Positions 1 to 12,596 of a stretch of DNA of 64,000 nucleotides are shown here, piece after piece. The notes under the pieces were generated by a model, which was given only the letters and a program-made list of their open reading frames with translations, was not told the DNA's origin and made no database searches. Position 1 is the stretch's first letter. Each line of letters starts with the position of its first letter. The stretch is from an uncultured Gemmatimonadales bacterium. GTDB taxonomy: Bacteria; Gemmatimonadota; Gemmatimonadetes; Longimicrobiales; Gaopeijiaceae. Position numbers and translations under genes: made by a program. The DNA is taken from positions 480,001-544,000 of the forward strand of contig CAWGKG010000018.1 of NCBI GenBank assembly GCA_963823035.1, written 5' to 3'.

Positions 1-183
1 CTGGATCGCGGCACGGGCGCGCGCGGCCTGCGCTCGATCATCGAGAGCCTGATGCGCGACGTCATGTTCGAGATCCCCTCCCGCAAAGACGTGCGCGAGG
101 TCGTCGTGACGCCCGAGTGTGTGGAGACGGGCGTGGCTCCGCTCCTGGTGCTGAGACCGGAGGAGCGCAAGCTGGAGGCCTGA
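1..183 (+). CDS. clpX: ATP-dependent Clp protease ATP-binding subunit ClpX, 3' end (partial)
   Basis: Frame 1 translates [27 protein letters not shown]...[12 protein letters not shown] is the ClpX sensor-II motif; directly upstream of lon. Confidence 0.93.
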   Translation: MDRGTGARGLRSIIESLMRDVMFEIPSRKDVREVVVTPECVETGVAPLLVLRPEERKLEA

Positions 184-309
184 CGTCACCCGGCCCTGTC
201 GGCTGGACGACAACCGCGCGAGCGGCCCACCACGCCTTTTCCCGCGAGCACCGTCGTCGTACGATACGGCCTTCCAGCTTTCCGACCCCTACCAGGACGC
301 GACGTCGGG

Positions 310-2720
<2,411 letters not shown>

Positions 2721-2724
<4 letters not shown>

Positions 2725-3362
2725 AGATCCACAACGTCGAGTACGCCGGCACGATTGCGGGGCCTGGGCAACCGGTGCCCGGGGATCTGCCGCAGATCGC
2801 CTTCTCCGGCCGCTCCAACGTCGGCAAGTCCTCGCTCATCAACACGCTGCTGCGGCGCACCCGCAGCAAGATCGCCCATGTGTCCGCCACGCCCGGGAAG
2901 ACCCGCGCGCTCAACTTCTACGTCGTCAACGAGCGCTTCTTCCTGGTCGACCTTCCCGGCTACGGGTACGCGCGCGTGCCCGAAGCGGTGCGTGGGGCCT
3001 GGCAGACGCTCATCGAGTGGTATCTGGGCGAAGTGCCCGGCGTTCGTGGCGTGGTACACCTCGTCGACGCCCGCCACGCGCCCACGCGGCACGACACGGC
3101 GATGGTGAGCTACCTGGCCGGGCTCGGCATGCCCGCTCTGGTCGTGCTGACGAAGATGGACAAGCTCAAGCAGACCCAGCGCGACGCATCGGTGGCGCGG
3201 GCGCTCTCGGAGCTGTCCCTGGACGAGGAGCAGCTGGTCCCCTTCTCCGCCAAGACGGGCGAGGGCAGGGATGCGCTCCTGGAGGCCCTCGACGCCCTCC
3301 TGGACGACGGCGAGGCCGGCACGGGGGTCGAACCCGCCCCGGATGGAGGGGAAGGACCATGA
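2721..3362 (+). CDS. yihA: Ribosome biogenesis GTPase YihA/YsxC (EngB)
   Basis: GRSNVGKSSLIN, SATPGKT, DLPGYGY, TKMDK; ATGA overlap with the lon stop. Confidence 0.96.
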
Positions 3363-3967
3363 GGGGCATGCTCGCGTTGGGGACGGTCGCAGCCCTTGCC
3401 GTGGCGCAGGGCTGCGTCCCGACCCCTGGCGCGTCCCCCGGAGGAGCACCCGAGCCCCTTCCCGCCCCAGGCTCGGGGACGCTCCGTCAGGACGAGATCA
3501 CGATCCATCTCACCAGCGGTGATCTCCAGGTCAAGGTCACGCCCCTGGCCGAGTCCGTGATCCGCGCCGCCGCACCCGACACCTACCGGATGCTCTCCGG
3601 CCTCGCGGGGCGCTTCAGCCCGGAGGCCGTACGGCGCACGGGCAGCGCCACGCCGGCACTCTTCCTGGTATCGTTCTTTTCGAACGCACCCGACGTGGCC
3701 TTCGTGCCGGAGGAGCTGCAGCTCATCGCGCAGGGCTCGCGCCGACGTCCCGACGCGATCCTACCGGTCACGCCCAGCTGGGGGGAACGCCGCCTGGCGC
3801 AGCGGGAGACCGAGACGGCCGTCTACGCCTTCGCGGGCGACGTCGACCTGGAGTCCGACCTGGTCGTGGCCTACGGGCTCATGGAGAGCGCACAGTGGAG
3901 CGCCATCCTCCCGAGGGTGCGCGCGGAGCGAGCGCGAGCGCGAGCGCGGGGTGGCGTGCGGCCCTGA
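3359..3967 (+). CDS. Hypothetical lipoprotein
   Basis: ATG at 3359 overlaps the yihA stop; MRGMLALGTVAALAVAQG-C signal/lipobox followed by a Pro-rich linker; GC3-rich codons. Confidence 0.7.
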   Translation: MRGMLALGTVAALAVAQGCVPTPGASPGGAPEPLPAPGSGTLRQDEITIHLTSGDLQVKVTPLAESVIRAAAPDTYRMLSGLAGRFSPEAVRRTGSATPALFLVSFFSNAPDVAFVPEELQLIAQGSRRRPDAILPVTPSWGERRLAQRETETAVYAFAGDVDLESDLVVAYGLMESAQWSAILPRVRAERARARARGGVRP

Positions 3968-3986
3968 AGGCGAAAGCCGACCGCCC

Positions 3987-5589
3987 TCAACCGTCCAGCC
4001 CGTACTTCGAGATCTTGCGGTAGAGCGTCCGCTCGCCAATGTCGAGCATCTCCGCCGCCTTGCGTCGGTTCCCATCCACCGCCTCGAGTGCGGCGCGGAT
4101 GGCCTCACGTTCCATGTCGTCCATGGTCATGCCCGGACGGAACACCACCTCCCTGTCCGCGCCCGGCAGGGCGTGGTCGGTGGGTCCGACGTCCTCCTGC
4201 CCGTCCCCCTCGCCATCCGAGATGCCGAGCGCGGGGCCGGACAGCTCCACGGCCCGGGCCGGTAGCTCCCAGGTGGTCGGCCGCGCCCATGCCTGCTCGG
4301 GAACCACCAGGGCGGTCTCCCGCCGGTAGGCCTCGAACTCACGCCGCAGGTCGTCCATGTCGACGCGCAGGTCGACGAGCGTCCTGAAGACGAACTCGAG
4401 CTCCGGTCGCAGATCGCGGCCCCGCACCGGGGCGGTCGTCGCGGAACGAAGGATCGTCGCCGGAAGGAGGCTCCGGCCCCGGCCGCTCCGCACCTCCGAG
4501 GGGATGTCGTTCGGCCCGATCGTGCGGCCGTGCGCGAGCACGACCATCGACTCGACGAGGTTGCGCAGCTCGCGGACGTTGCCGGGCCATACGTAGTCGC
4601 GCAGGATCTCCATCGCCTCGGACGAGAGGCCCGCGAAGCTGCCGGTCGTGGCGCTCGGACGCGTCCCGCACGAACTCCTCCACCAGGAGGGGGATGTCCT
4701 CCCGCCGCTCGCGCAGCGGCGGCAGCACGATATGCAGGACGTTCAGGCGGAAGTACAGGTCGCGCCGGAACTCGCCGATCGCGAGCAGCTGCCGCAGGTC
4801 CTGGTTCGTCGCCGCGACGATGCGCACGTCGACGAGGATCGCCTTCTCGCCACCCACGCGGTGGAACTCGCGCTGCTCGAGGACGCGCAGCAGCTTCGTC
4901 TGCGTGGCCATCGGCATCTCCCCGATCTCGTCGAGGAAGATCGTACCCCCATGGGCGAGCTCGAACAGGCCTCGGCGGGAATCGATCGCCCCGGTGAACG
5001 CCCCTTTCTCGTGGCCGAAAAGCTCCGACTCGAGGAGCGTCTCGGAGAGGGCGGCGACGTTCACCGCGATGAACGGCTTGTGGCGGCGGGGCGACAGCCC
5101 GTGGATGCCGCGGGCGACCAGCTCCTTCCCCGTGCCCGACTCGCCGGTCACCAGCACGGTGGCCGACACCGGCGCGATCTGCACGACGCGTTCGAGCACC
5201 TCCCGCATCGCGTCGGTCTCGCCGATGATCCCGGTGATCCGCTGCAGGCGGCGGCGTTCGATGGCCATGCGCCCCACCGCGGCGACGTCCGCGGCCGTGG
5301 TCGACGCGGCGAACACCTCGTCGAACCCGGGGCGGAGCGCGGGCGGGAGGTGCTCGCCCGCCACGATCGCGAACACGGGGATCCGCAGCCGCTCGCGGGC
5401 CTGGCGGGCCAGCTCGCCGCCTCCACGCTCCGCGCCTCCCGTGAGCACGAGGAGGACGGCGCCCGTCGTCTGGACCTCCTCGGTCGCCGTCACCAGATCG
5501 GTCCCGTATCCCGCACGCGTGAAGGCCTCGCGGAGGGCGCCCGCGCGTTCCAGGTCGTGCGTGGAGATCAGGACGACGTCGTCCTTCAC
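3987..5589 (-). CDS. Sigma-54-dependent transcriptional activator (degenerate receiver, AAA+, Fis HTH); frameshift near 4641
   Basis: [23 protein letters not shown] and FLDEIGE in ORF 4339..6093; continues in ORF 3987..4613 ([10 protein letters not shown]...[20 protein letters not shown]). GTG start at 5589 overlaps the mog stop. Confidence 0.9.
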
Positions 5590-6093
5590 GACGAGGCCCC
5601 CGAAGGCGCGTGGGGGGCGTCTTCGCCGTGCAGCAGCGCCACCGCATGCCCCACGACCCGGTCCAGTGTCTCCAGCCCGTCGCGCACCCCGTTCCGGGCT
5701 TCCCGGGAGGTTCACGACCAGGGTGGCCCCGCGCGCGCCGGCGAGGCCGCGCGACAGCATCGCGTGCACCGTCTTGGCGTTTCCGCGACGCCGGATCTCC
5801 TCGGCGAGCCCCGGCGCCTCGCGCTCGAGCACCGCCCGCGTCGCCTCCGGCGTGACGTCGCGGGGGCCCAGACCCGTGCCTCCCGTCGTGAGCAGGAGGT
5901 CGACCTCACCCCCGTCGCACCACGCCAGGAGCACCGGAACGATCCGGTGGGTATCGTCGGGCACGAGGGCCCGGGCCGTAACCTCGTGCCCTCGCTCGGC
6001 CGCCCAGGCGGCGATCGCGTCGCCGCTCCGGTCCTCGCGCTCCCCACGCGAGCCGGCGTCGCTCACCGTGAGGATCCCCAGACGAATCGCCAC
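5586..6093 (-). CDS. mog: MogA/MoaB-family molybdopterin adenylyltransferase; frameshift near 5694
   Basis: [37 protein letters not shown]; the shifted frame continues [21 protein letters not shown]...* ending at 5586. Confidence 0.9.
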
Positions 6094-6098
6094 CGACC

Positions 6099-7208
6099 CT
6101 ACCGGCGGATCGAGCCCTGGGTGTAGAACGGCGGGCGCTGCACCAGCGCATCCACCGTCTTTCCCCGGATGTCCACCTGCACGGGCGTATCCGCCTTGGA
6201 CAGCGCGGGCGGCACGTAGCCCATGCCGACGCCGTAACCGAGCGACGGGGCCACCGTGCCGCTCGTCACCACGCCCACCGGCTCGCCCCCGGACACGACG
6301 GCGTAGCCCGGGCGGGGGAAGCCCTTGCCCGTCAGCTTGAAGCCGACGAGCCGCCGCGGCACCCCTGCCCCCTTCTGCTTCACGAGCGCATCGCGCCCCA
6401 CGAAGTCGCCCTTGTCCAGCTTGGTGATCCAGCCGAGCCCGGACTCGAGCGGCGTGTGCTCCTCGTCGAGGTCGTTTCCGTAGAGCGCGTAGCCGACCTC
6501 CAGGCGGAGGGAGTCACGGGCACCCAGGCCGGCCGGGATGAGCCCCTTCCCCTCGCCCTCCTTCATCAGCGCGCGCCACACGGCGACCGCGTCGGCGTTG
6601 TCGAGGTAGAGCTCGAAGCCGTCCTCCCCCGTGTAGCCGGTCCCCGAGATCACGGCGGGCGCGCCGTCCACGGAGCCCTCCAGGAAGTGGTAGTAGCGCA
6701 CGTCATCGACGTCGATGTCAGCGAGCGGGCGCAGGATCTCTCGCGCGGCCGGGCCCTGGAGGGCGATGAGCGCGGTCTCGTCGGACCGGTCCTGCACATC
6801 CACGTCGAAGTCCTCGGCGTGGCGGCGGATCCACGCCAGGTCCTTCGCCGCGTTGGAGGCATTCACCACCAGCATGTAGCGGTCGGCGAACCTGTAGACG
6901 ATCAGGTCGTCGACGACGCCGCCGTGGTCGAGGCACATGGCGGAGTACTGCGCCTGACCCACCTCCATCTTCGACGCGTCGTTGACCGTGACCTTCTGGA
7001 TCAGGTCCAGCGCCTGCGGGCCACTCAGGACGAACTCGCCCATGTGGGAGACATCGAACAGCCCTGCGGCCTCGCGCACCGCCCGGTGCTCGGCCGTGAT
7101 GCCGCTGGGATACTGCACCGGCATCTCGAAGCCGGCGAACGGGACGATCTTTCCCCCCAGCGCGACGTGCTCGTGGTACAGGGGCGTGCGCTTCAGCGAG
7201 TCGCTCAT
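6099..7208 (-). CDS. gcvT: Glycine cleavage system aminomethyltransferase T
   Basis: [48 protein letters not shown]; start MSDSLKRT at 7208. Confidence 0.97.
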   Translation of the reverse strand: MSDSLKRTPLYHEHVALGGKIVPFAGFEMPVQYPSGITAEHRAVREAAGLFDVSHMGEFVLSGPQALDLIQKVTVNDASKMEVGQAQYSAMCLDHGGVVDDLIVYRFADRYMLVVNASNAAKDLAWIRRHAEDFDVDVQDRSDETALIALQGPAAREILRPLADIDVDDVRYYHFLEGSVDGAPAVISGTGYTGEDGFELYLDNADAVAVWRALMKEGEGKGLIPAGLGARDSLRLEVGYALYGNDLDEEHTPLESGLGWITKLDKGDFVGRDALVKQKGAGVPRRLVGFKLTGKGFPRPGYAVVSGGEPVGVVTSGTVAPSLGYGVGMGYVPPALSKADTPVQVDIRGKTVDALVQRPPFYTQGSIRR

Positions 7209-7216
7209 CTCTAGCG

Positions 7217-8128
7217 TCACCCTCTCATGAGCTCGACGAGGATTGCCTTCTGGGCGTGGAGGCGGTTCTCCGCCTCCGGGAACACGCGGGACTGCGGACC
7301 ATCGATGACCTCGGCGGCGACCTCCTCGCCTCGGTGCGCGGGGAGGCAGTGCAGGAAGATCGCGTCGGGCGCGGCACGGGCCATGAGCGCACCGTCCACC
7401 TGGAAGCCGCTGAACGCGCGGGCGCGCGCCTGCGCCTCCTCCTCCTGCCCCATGGAGGCCCACACGTCCGTGGTGACGACCCGTGCGCCCGCCGCGGCCT
7501 CCGCAGGATCACGTGTCAGCACGACCTCCGTGCCTTCGCGGGCCCGCTCCACGAGCCCCGCGTCCGGGTCGTAGCCCTCCGGACAGGCGAGGCGGAGGCG
7601 GAACCCGAAACGCCACGCCGCGTTGATCCAGGAGTTGGCCATGTTGTTGCCGTCCCCGATCCACGCCACGGTCAGGTCGCGTAGCTCGGACCCGAACTCC
7701 TCCTGGACGGCCTGCACATCGGCCATCACCTGGCAGGGGTGCAGCAGGTCGGTGAGGCCGTTGATGACCGGGACCGTGGCGTGGCGCGCCAACTCCTCGA
7801 CCTCGGCGTGGGCGAAGGTGCGGATCATGATGCCGTCGACGTAGCCCGACAGGACCCGGGCCGTGTCGTGCACCGACTCGCCTCGCCCCATCTGACTGTC
7901 GCGGTCGGAGAGGAAGAGCGCGTGCCCGCCGAGCTGCACCATCCCCACCTCGAACGACACGCGGGTGCGCGTCGAGCTCTTCCGGAAGATCATGGCCAGG
8001 CACTTCCCGGCCAGGACGTTGCCCCCCTCCTCCCCGGACTTCATCCGGCGGGCGCGATCGAGGATGCCCAGGAGCTCCTCACGCTCGAAGTCCGGAATGG
8101 CCAGGAAGTCACGCTTCGCAGACGTCAT
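7217..8128 (-). CDS. argF: Ornithine carbamoyltransferase
   Basis: SSTRTRVSFE, HPCQ, GDGNNMA, TDVWASMG, HCLPAHRGEE, AENRLH. Confidence 0.97.
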   Translation of the reverse strand: MTSAKRDFLAIPDFEREELLGILDRARRMKSGEEGGNVLAGKCLAMIFRKSSTRTRVSFEVGMVQLGGHALFLSDRDSQMGRGESVHDTARVLSGYVDGIMIRTFAHAEVEELARHATVPVINGLTDLLHPCQVMADVQAVQEEFGSELRDLTVAWIGDGNNMANSWINAAWRFGFRLRLACPEGYDPDAGLVERAREGTEVVLTRDPAEAAAGARVVTTDVWASMGQEEEAQARARAFSGFQVDGALMARAAPDAIFLHCLPAHRGEEVAAEVIDGPQSRVFPEAENRLHAQKAILVELMRG

Positions 8129-8153
8129 GCGATACCCTTTCCTCGGCGAGCCG

Positions 8154-9639
8154 CTACAGGATGTAGCGTCTAAGGTCCTCGTCCTCGGCGAGCTTCTTCA
8201 GCCTCTCGCGCACGAACTCCCTGTCGACGAGCAGCTTCTCCGTAACCGTCTCGGGGAGGTCGAACATCACGTCCTCCAGGAGCGTGGTCATCACGGTCTG
8301 CAGGCGGCGCGCCCCGATGTTCTCCATGCGCTCGTTGAGCTCGGACGCGATGCGGGCGATCTCCGCGATGCCGTCTGTCGGCGAACTCGACGTGGGCGCC
8401 CTCGGTCTCGATCAGAGCGCGATACTGGTGGATGAGCGCGTTGCGCGGCTCCTGCAGGATGCGCACGAACTCCGCCTCACCGAGGTTCTTGAGCTCCACG
8501 CGGATCGGGAAGCGGCCCTGCAGCTCGGGGATCAGGTCGGACGGCTTGGCGACGTGGAACGCGCCCGCCGCGATGAAGAGGACGTGGTCGGTGCGCACGA
8601 GCCCGTACTTCGTGCCGACGGTCGAGCCCTCCACGATGGGGAGGAGGTCGCGCTGCACCCCCTCCCGGCTCACGTCCGGACCGGCGCCACCCCGCTCCCC
8701 GGCGATCTTGTCGATCTCGTCGAGGAAGACGATCCCCATCTCCTCGGTGCGGTAGAGCGCCTCGTTCACCACCTCGTCCATGTCGACGAGCTTGTCCAGC
8801 TCGTCCTGCACCATGATGCGCCGCGCCTCCGACACGCTCACCGTACGCCGCTTGGTGCGCTTGGGGAGCATGTCCTGCAGCATCTCGGTGAAGTTGTAGT
8901 CCATCCCCTCCATCCCCCCCATGGGAACCATCATCCCGTCGAGGGAGGGCGACTGCTGGACCTCGATCTCCACCTCGCGGTCCTCGAGCTTCCCGTCCTT
9001 CAGGAGCTGACGGAGCTTCTCCCGGGTCCGATTGCGACGAGAGCGCACGTCCTCGTCGGAGCCCGAGGCTTCCACGCCCCCCGGGCCCGCGATGTAGACG
9101 TGCGGGTGTCCGTCCGGGTCCTCGTCCTCGGTCTTCGGCTCCTCCTTCGTCGGCGGGAGCAGGAGGTCGAGGATGCGCTCCTCCGCTCGTGCCTCGGCGA
9201 GATCCTGCACCTCGTCCTCGCGTTCGGCGCGCACGAGGTTCACGGCGATGTCGACCAGGTCGCGGACGATCGACTCGACGTCACGCCCGACGTAGCCGAC
9301 CTCCGTGAACTTGGAGGCCTCGACCTTGAGGAACGGCGCGCCGGCAAGACGGGCGAGCCGGCGCGCGATCTCGGTCTTCCCCACGCCCGTGGGGCCGATC
9401 AGGATGAGGTTGTTGGGGAGGATCTCGTCACGAAGCTCCTCCCCCACCCTCTGACGGCGCCAACGGTTGCGCAGCACGATGGCGACGGCCTTCTTCGCCT
9501 CGTCCTGACCGACGATGTACTTGTCGAGCTCGGCGACGATCTGGCGCGGTGTGAGCTCGTCGATCCACGGCGCCTCCGCGGGGTCGAGCTCCACCGGTGG
9601 CGTGGGAGGCGGGGCGGCCTCCATCTCCTTCGTCGTCAT
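8154..9639 (-). CDS. hslU: ATP-dependent protease ATPase subunit HslU; frameshift near 8376
   Basis: [55 protein letters not shown]; the shifted frame ends ...[10 protein letters not shown]...EDLRRYIL* at 8154. Confidence 0.96.
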
Positions 9640-10190
9640 CCCTCACCTCCCGGGAGCTCCAGCACGACGATGTCCTGGTTGGTGTAGATGCAGATCTCCC
9701 CGGCGATGGACAGCGCCTGATGGACGATCTCCTTCGCGTCGAGCTCCGAATGACGCTGCAGCGCGCGCGCGGCGGCGAGCGCGAAGGTCCCCCCGGAGCC
9801 GATGGCGAGGATGTCGTCGTCCGGCTCGATCACGTCGCCGGTGCCGCTGACCAGGAAGAGATGCTCGTGGTCGGCGACCGCGAGCAGCGCGTTGAGGCGC
9901 CGCAGGTAACGGTCGGTCCGCCAGTCCTTGGCGAGCTCGACCACGGCCTTGGTGAGGTTCGCGGGATAGCGCTCGAGCTTCTCCTCCAGCTTCTCGGAGA
10001 GCGTGAACGCGTCGGCCACGGCTCCGGCGAAGCCCGCGAGGATACGGCCGTCCTTCAGGGCGCGCACCTTGCGGGCGCTCCCCTTCACGATCGTCTCGCC
10101 CATCGTGACCTGGCCGTCGCCGCCCATGGCGACGCGGCCGTTCCTGCGGACGGCGAGAACGGTGGTGGATCTGGTTTCTGGAAGGGTCAT
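9636..10190 (-). CDS. hslV: ATP-dependent protease subunit HslV
   Basis: STTVLAVRR (N-terminal Thr after a short propeptide), [37 protein letters not shown]. Confidence 0.97.
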   Translation of the reverse strand: MTLPETRSTTVLAVRRNGRVAMGGDGQVTMGETIVKGSARKVRALKDGRILAGFAGAVADAFTLSEKLEEKLERYPANLTKAVVELAKDWRTDRYLRRLNALLAVADHEHLFLVSGTGDVIEPDDDILAIGSGGTFALAAARALQRHSELDAKEIVHQALSIAGEICIYTNQDIVVLELPGGEG

Positions 10191-10280
10191 CTTCCCTCGA
10201 TTTCCGGCTCTTTTCGGGCAGCTTCGATCAGCGGGTCCGAAAGCTAACCCAAATCCTGCCGATCTGGCAGACGGGGTCGC

Positions 10281-11238
10281 TCACCCGGATCGGGGGTGCG
10301 CGTCGCGGTACACGCGCAGCAGCCGTTCCTTGGTGGTGTGCGTGTAGATCTGGGTGGTGGACAGGCTCACGTGCCCGAGCAGCTCCTTCACAGCCAGGAG
10401 GTCGGCGCCGGCCTCGAGGAGGTGCGTCGCGAAGGAATGGCGGAGCGCATGGGCGGAGAGCCCGCGCGCGCCGGCCGTCGTATCCAGGCAGCGGTGCACC
10501 GCCTCCTGGATGGAGCGCCTCGACAGCCGGCCACCACGCGCGTTCAGGAGGACCGCGCCCGCGTCGCCGGGGTTCTCTCCCGCCAGCGGCCGCCTCGGAC
10601 CGGCGGGGGGTGTAGCGGTCCAGCGCGCGCAGCGCCGTCTCCGTGACAGGCACGATCCGCTCCTTCCTCCCCTTCCCGACCACGCGCGCCAAACAGCGCC
10701 CGCGGTCGATCGCCTCCAGATCCAGCGTGTGCAGCTCGGCGAGGCGCAGCCCCGAGCCGTACAGGAGCTCGAGGATCACCAGGTCCCGGGTGCCCGCGAG
10801 CGTGTTCTCCGCCGCGCGCGCCTCCGCGACCTCGAACACGGCGCGCACGTCGGCCTGCGAGAGGTGCCCCGGCAGCCGACGGTCGATCTTCGGCGCCCGC
10901 ACCGCGCGCGTGGGGTTGGCGGGAATGCGGTCGTCGAGGTGGAGGAAGCGGAAGAACGCGCGCACCGCGGACAGCTTGCGCGCCACCGTGCGTCGTGACC
11001 GCCCGCGGCGCCTGCACCATCCCAGGAAGCCCCGCAGGGCGAGACGGTCCACCTCCTCCCATCCCCACCCGCCGTGGCCCAGGTACTCGGCGAGGAAGGC
11101 CTCCAGCTCCTGGAGGTCCCGCCGGTACGCCTTGACCGTGTTCTCCGAGAGCTGCCGCTCGTCGGCCAGGTGGCGGAGAAAGGCCGCCGTCTCCGCGCGC
11201 TCCGGCCGACCGTGGGTGTCGGAAGCGGAGGCGGACAT
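10281..11238 (-). CDS. xerC: Tyrosine recombinase XerC; frameshift near 10580
   Basis: [33 protein letters not shown], then [12 protein letters not shown]...[15 protein letters not shown] in the second frame; topA-trmFO-xerC-hslVU synteny. Confidence 0.92.
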
Positions 11239-11252
11239 CTCCCGGACCCCGG

Positions 11253-12596
11253 TCAGGGCCCGGTGGAAGCCGCGGGGAGGGGAGCGGCGGCGATGCCGTG
11301 CTCCTCCATCCAGCGCTCGAAGTCCACGCGCGCACGCTCGGCCAGCGCCTCGCGCTTGGCGCGCTTGTCGCGGATCCGCTCGTTCAGGGGATCCACGAGC
11401 CCCCAGTTCGAGTTCATCGGCTGGAAGCGCTTCACGTCGCACTCCCTCAGGTACCGGAAGAGCCCGCCGAGCATCGTGGTCGGCGGCGGCACGACCGGGG
11501 CCTCCCCCGCGACGACCCGCGCGAGGTTCACGCCGGCCAGGATGCCGCTCGCCGCCGACTCCGTGTAGCCCTCCACACCGGTGAGCTGCCCCGCGAAGAT
11601 CAGGTCGTCCCGATCGCGCGGCGAGCCGTGCGCCGTGAGGCGGCCCGGGAAGTCGAGGTAGCTGTTGCGGTGGATGGAGCCCCAACGCAGGAACTCCGCG
11701 TCGGCCAGCCCGGGAATGGAGCGGAACACACGGCCCTGGTCGCCGATCTTCATGCGGGTCTGGAACCCCACCATGTTCCACATCTGTCCGGCTCGATCCT
11801 CGCGGCGTAGCTGCACCACCGCCCAGGGGCGACGCCCCGTGCGCGGGTCGGTGAGCCCGATCGGCTTCATCGGCCCGAAGCGCAGGGTGTCGTCCCCACG
11901 CGCGGCCATCACCTCGATCGGGAGACAGCCCTCGAAGTACGGGACCGAGTCCCAGTCGTGCCCCTCGTGGACCTCGGCACCCTTGAGCGCCGCGACGAAC
12001 GCCTCGTACTCCTCGCGGCTCATGGGGCAGTTGAGGTAGTCGGCGTCCTCGTCGAAGCGGCCCGCCTCGAAGGCGATGGAGCCGTCGATGCTGTCACGGT
12101 CCACGATCGGTGCGATCGCGTCGTAGAAGGCGAGCCCGCCCTCGCCGAGGGCACGCGCGATCGCCTCGGCGAGCGCGTCGGAGGTCAGCGGGCCCGTGGC
12201 GATCACCGCCGGCCCGGCCGGCAGCGCGGCACACTCCTCGCGGACGACCTCGATACCGGGAGTGGCCGCGACGGCTGCGGTCATCGCCCCCGCGAAGAGG
12301 TCGCGGTCCACGGCGAGGGCCGATCCCGCCGCCACGCGCGACTGGTCCGCGGCGTCGAGGAGGACGGATCCGAGCGCGCGCATCTCCCGCTTGAGCTGCC
12401 CGTGCGCGTTGCCCGGATCCTCGGTCTTGAAGGAGTTCGTGCACACGAGCTCGCCGAGGCGGTCCGTGCGGTGGGCCGGCGTCTGCCGCACCGGGCGCAT
12501 CTCCACCAGCCGCACCGCGTGCCCGTGGCGGGCCAGACGCACGGCCGCTTCACAGCCGGCCAGCCCTCCGCCCACGACGGTCACCGCGTCGGTCAC
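11253..12596 (-). CDS. trmFO: Methylenetetrahydrofolate-tRNA-(uracil-5)-methyltransferase TrmFO (Gid)
   Basis: VVGGGLAGCEAA, ELVCTNS, FYDAIAP, YFEGCLPIE, LRFGPMKPIGL, AGQLTGVEGY; GTG at 12596 overlaps the topA stop. Confidence 0.96.
   Translation of the reverse strand: MTDAVTVVGGGLAGCEAAVRLARHGHAVRLVEMRPVRQTPAHRTDRLGELVCTNSFKTEDPGNAHGQLKREMRALGSVLLDAADQSRVAAGSALAVDRDLFAGAMTAAVAATPGIEVVREECAALPAGPAVIATGPLTSDALAEAIARALGEGGLAFYDAIAPIVDRDSIDGSIAFEAGRFDEDADYLNCPMSREEYEAFVAALKGAEVHEGHDWDSVPYFEGCLPIEVMAARGDDTLRFGPMKPIGLTDPRTGRRPWAVVQLRREDRAGQMWNMVGFQTRMKIGDQGRVFRSIPGLADAEFLRWGSIHRNSYLDFPGRLTAHGSPRDRDDLIFAGQLTGVEGYTESAASGILAGVNLARVVAGEAPVVPPPTTMLGGLFRYLRECDVKRFQPMNSNWGLVDPLNERIRDKRAKREALAERARVDFERWMEEHGIAAAPLPAASTGP

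Noticed and set aside
3925..3948. Short (GAGCGC)n tandem repeat
   Set aside because: Encodes an Arg-Ala run at a protein C-terminus; too short to suggest a contingency locus.
4339..6093. Apparent Mog-sigma54 activator fusion protein
   Set aside because: Produced by a one-base shift near 5694; the corrected mog frame ends at a TGA overlapping the activator's GTG.
10281..11238. Tyrosine recombinase as a sign of a prophage or integrative element
   Set aside because: It sits in the conserved topA-trmFO-xerC-hslVU housekeeping order; no att sites or phage genes seen.
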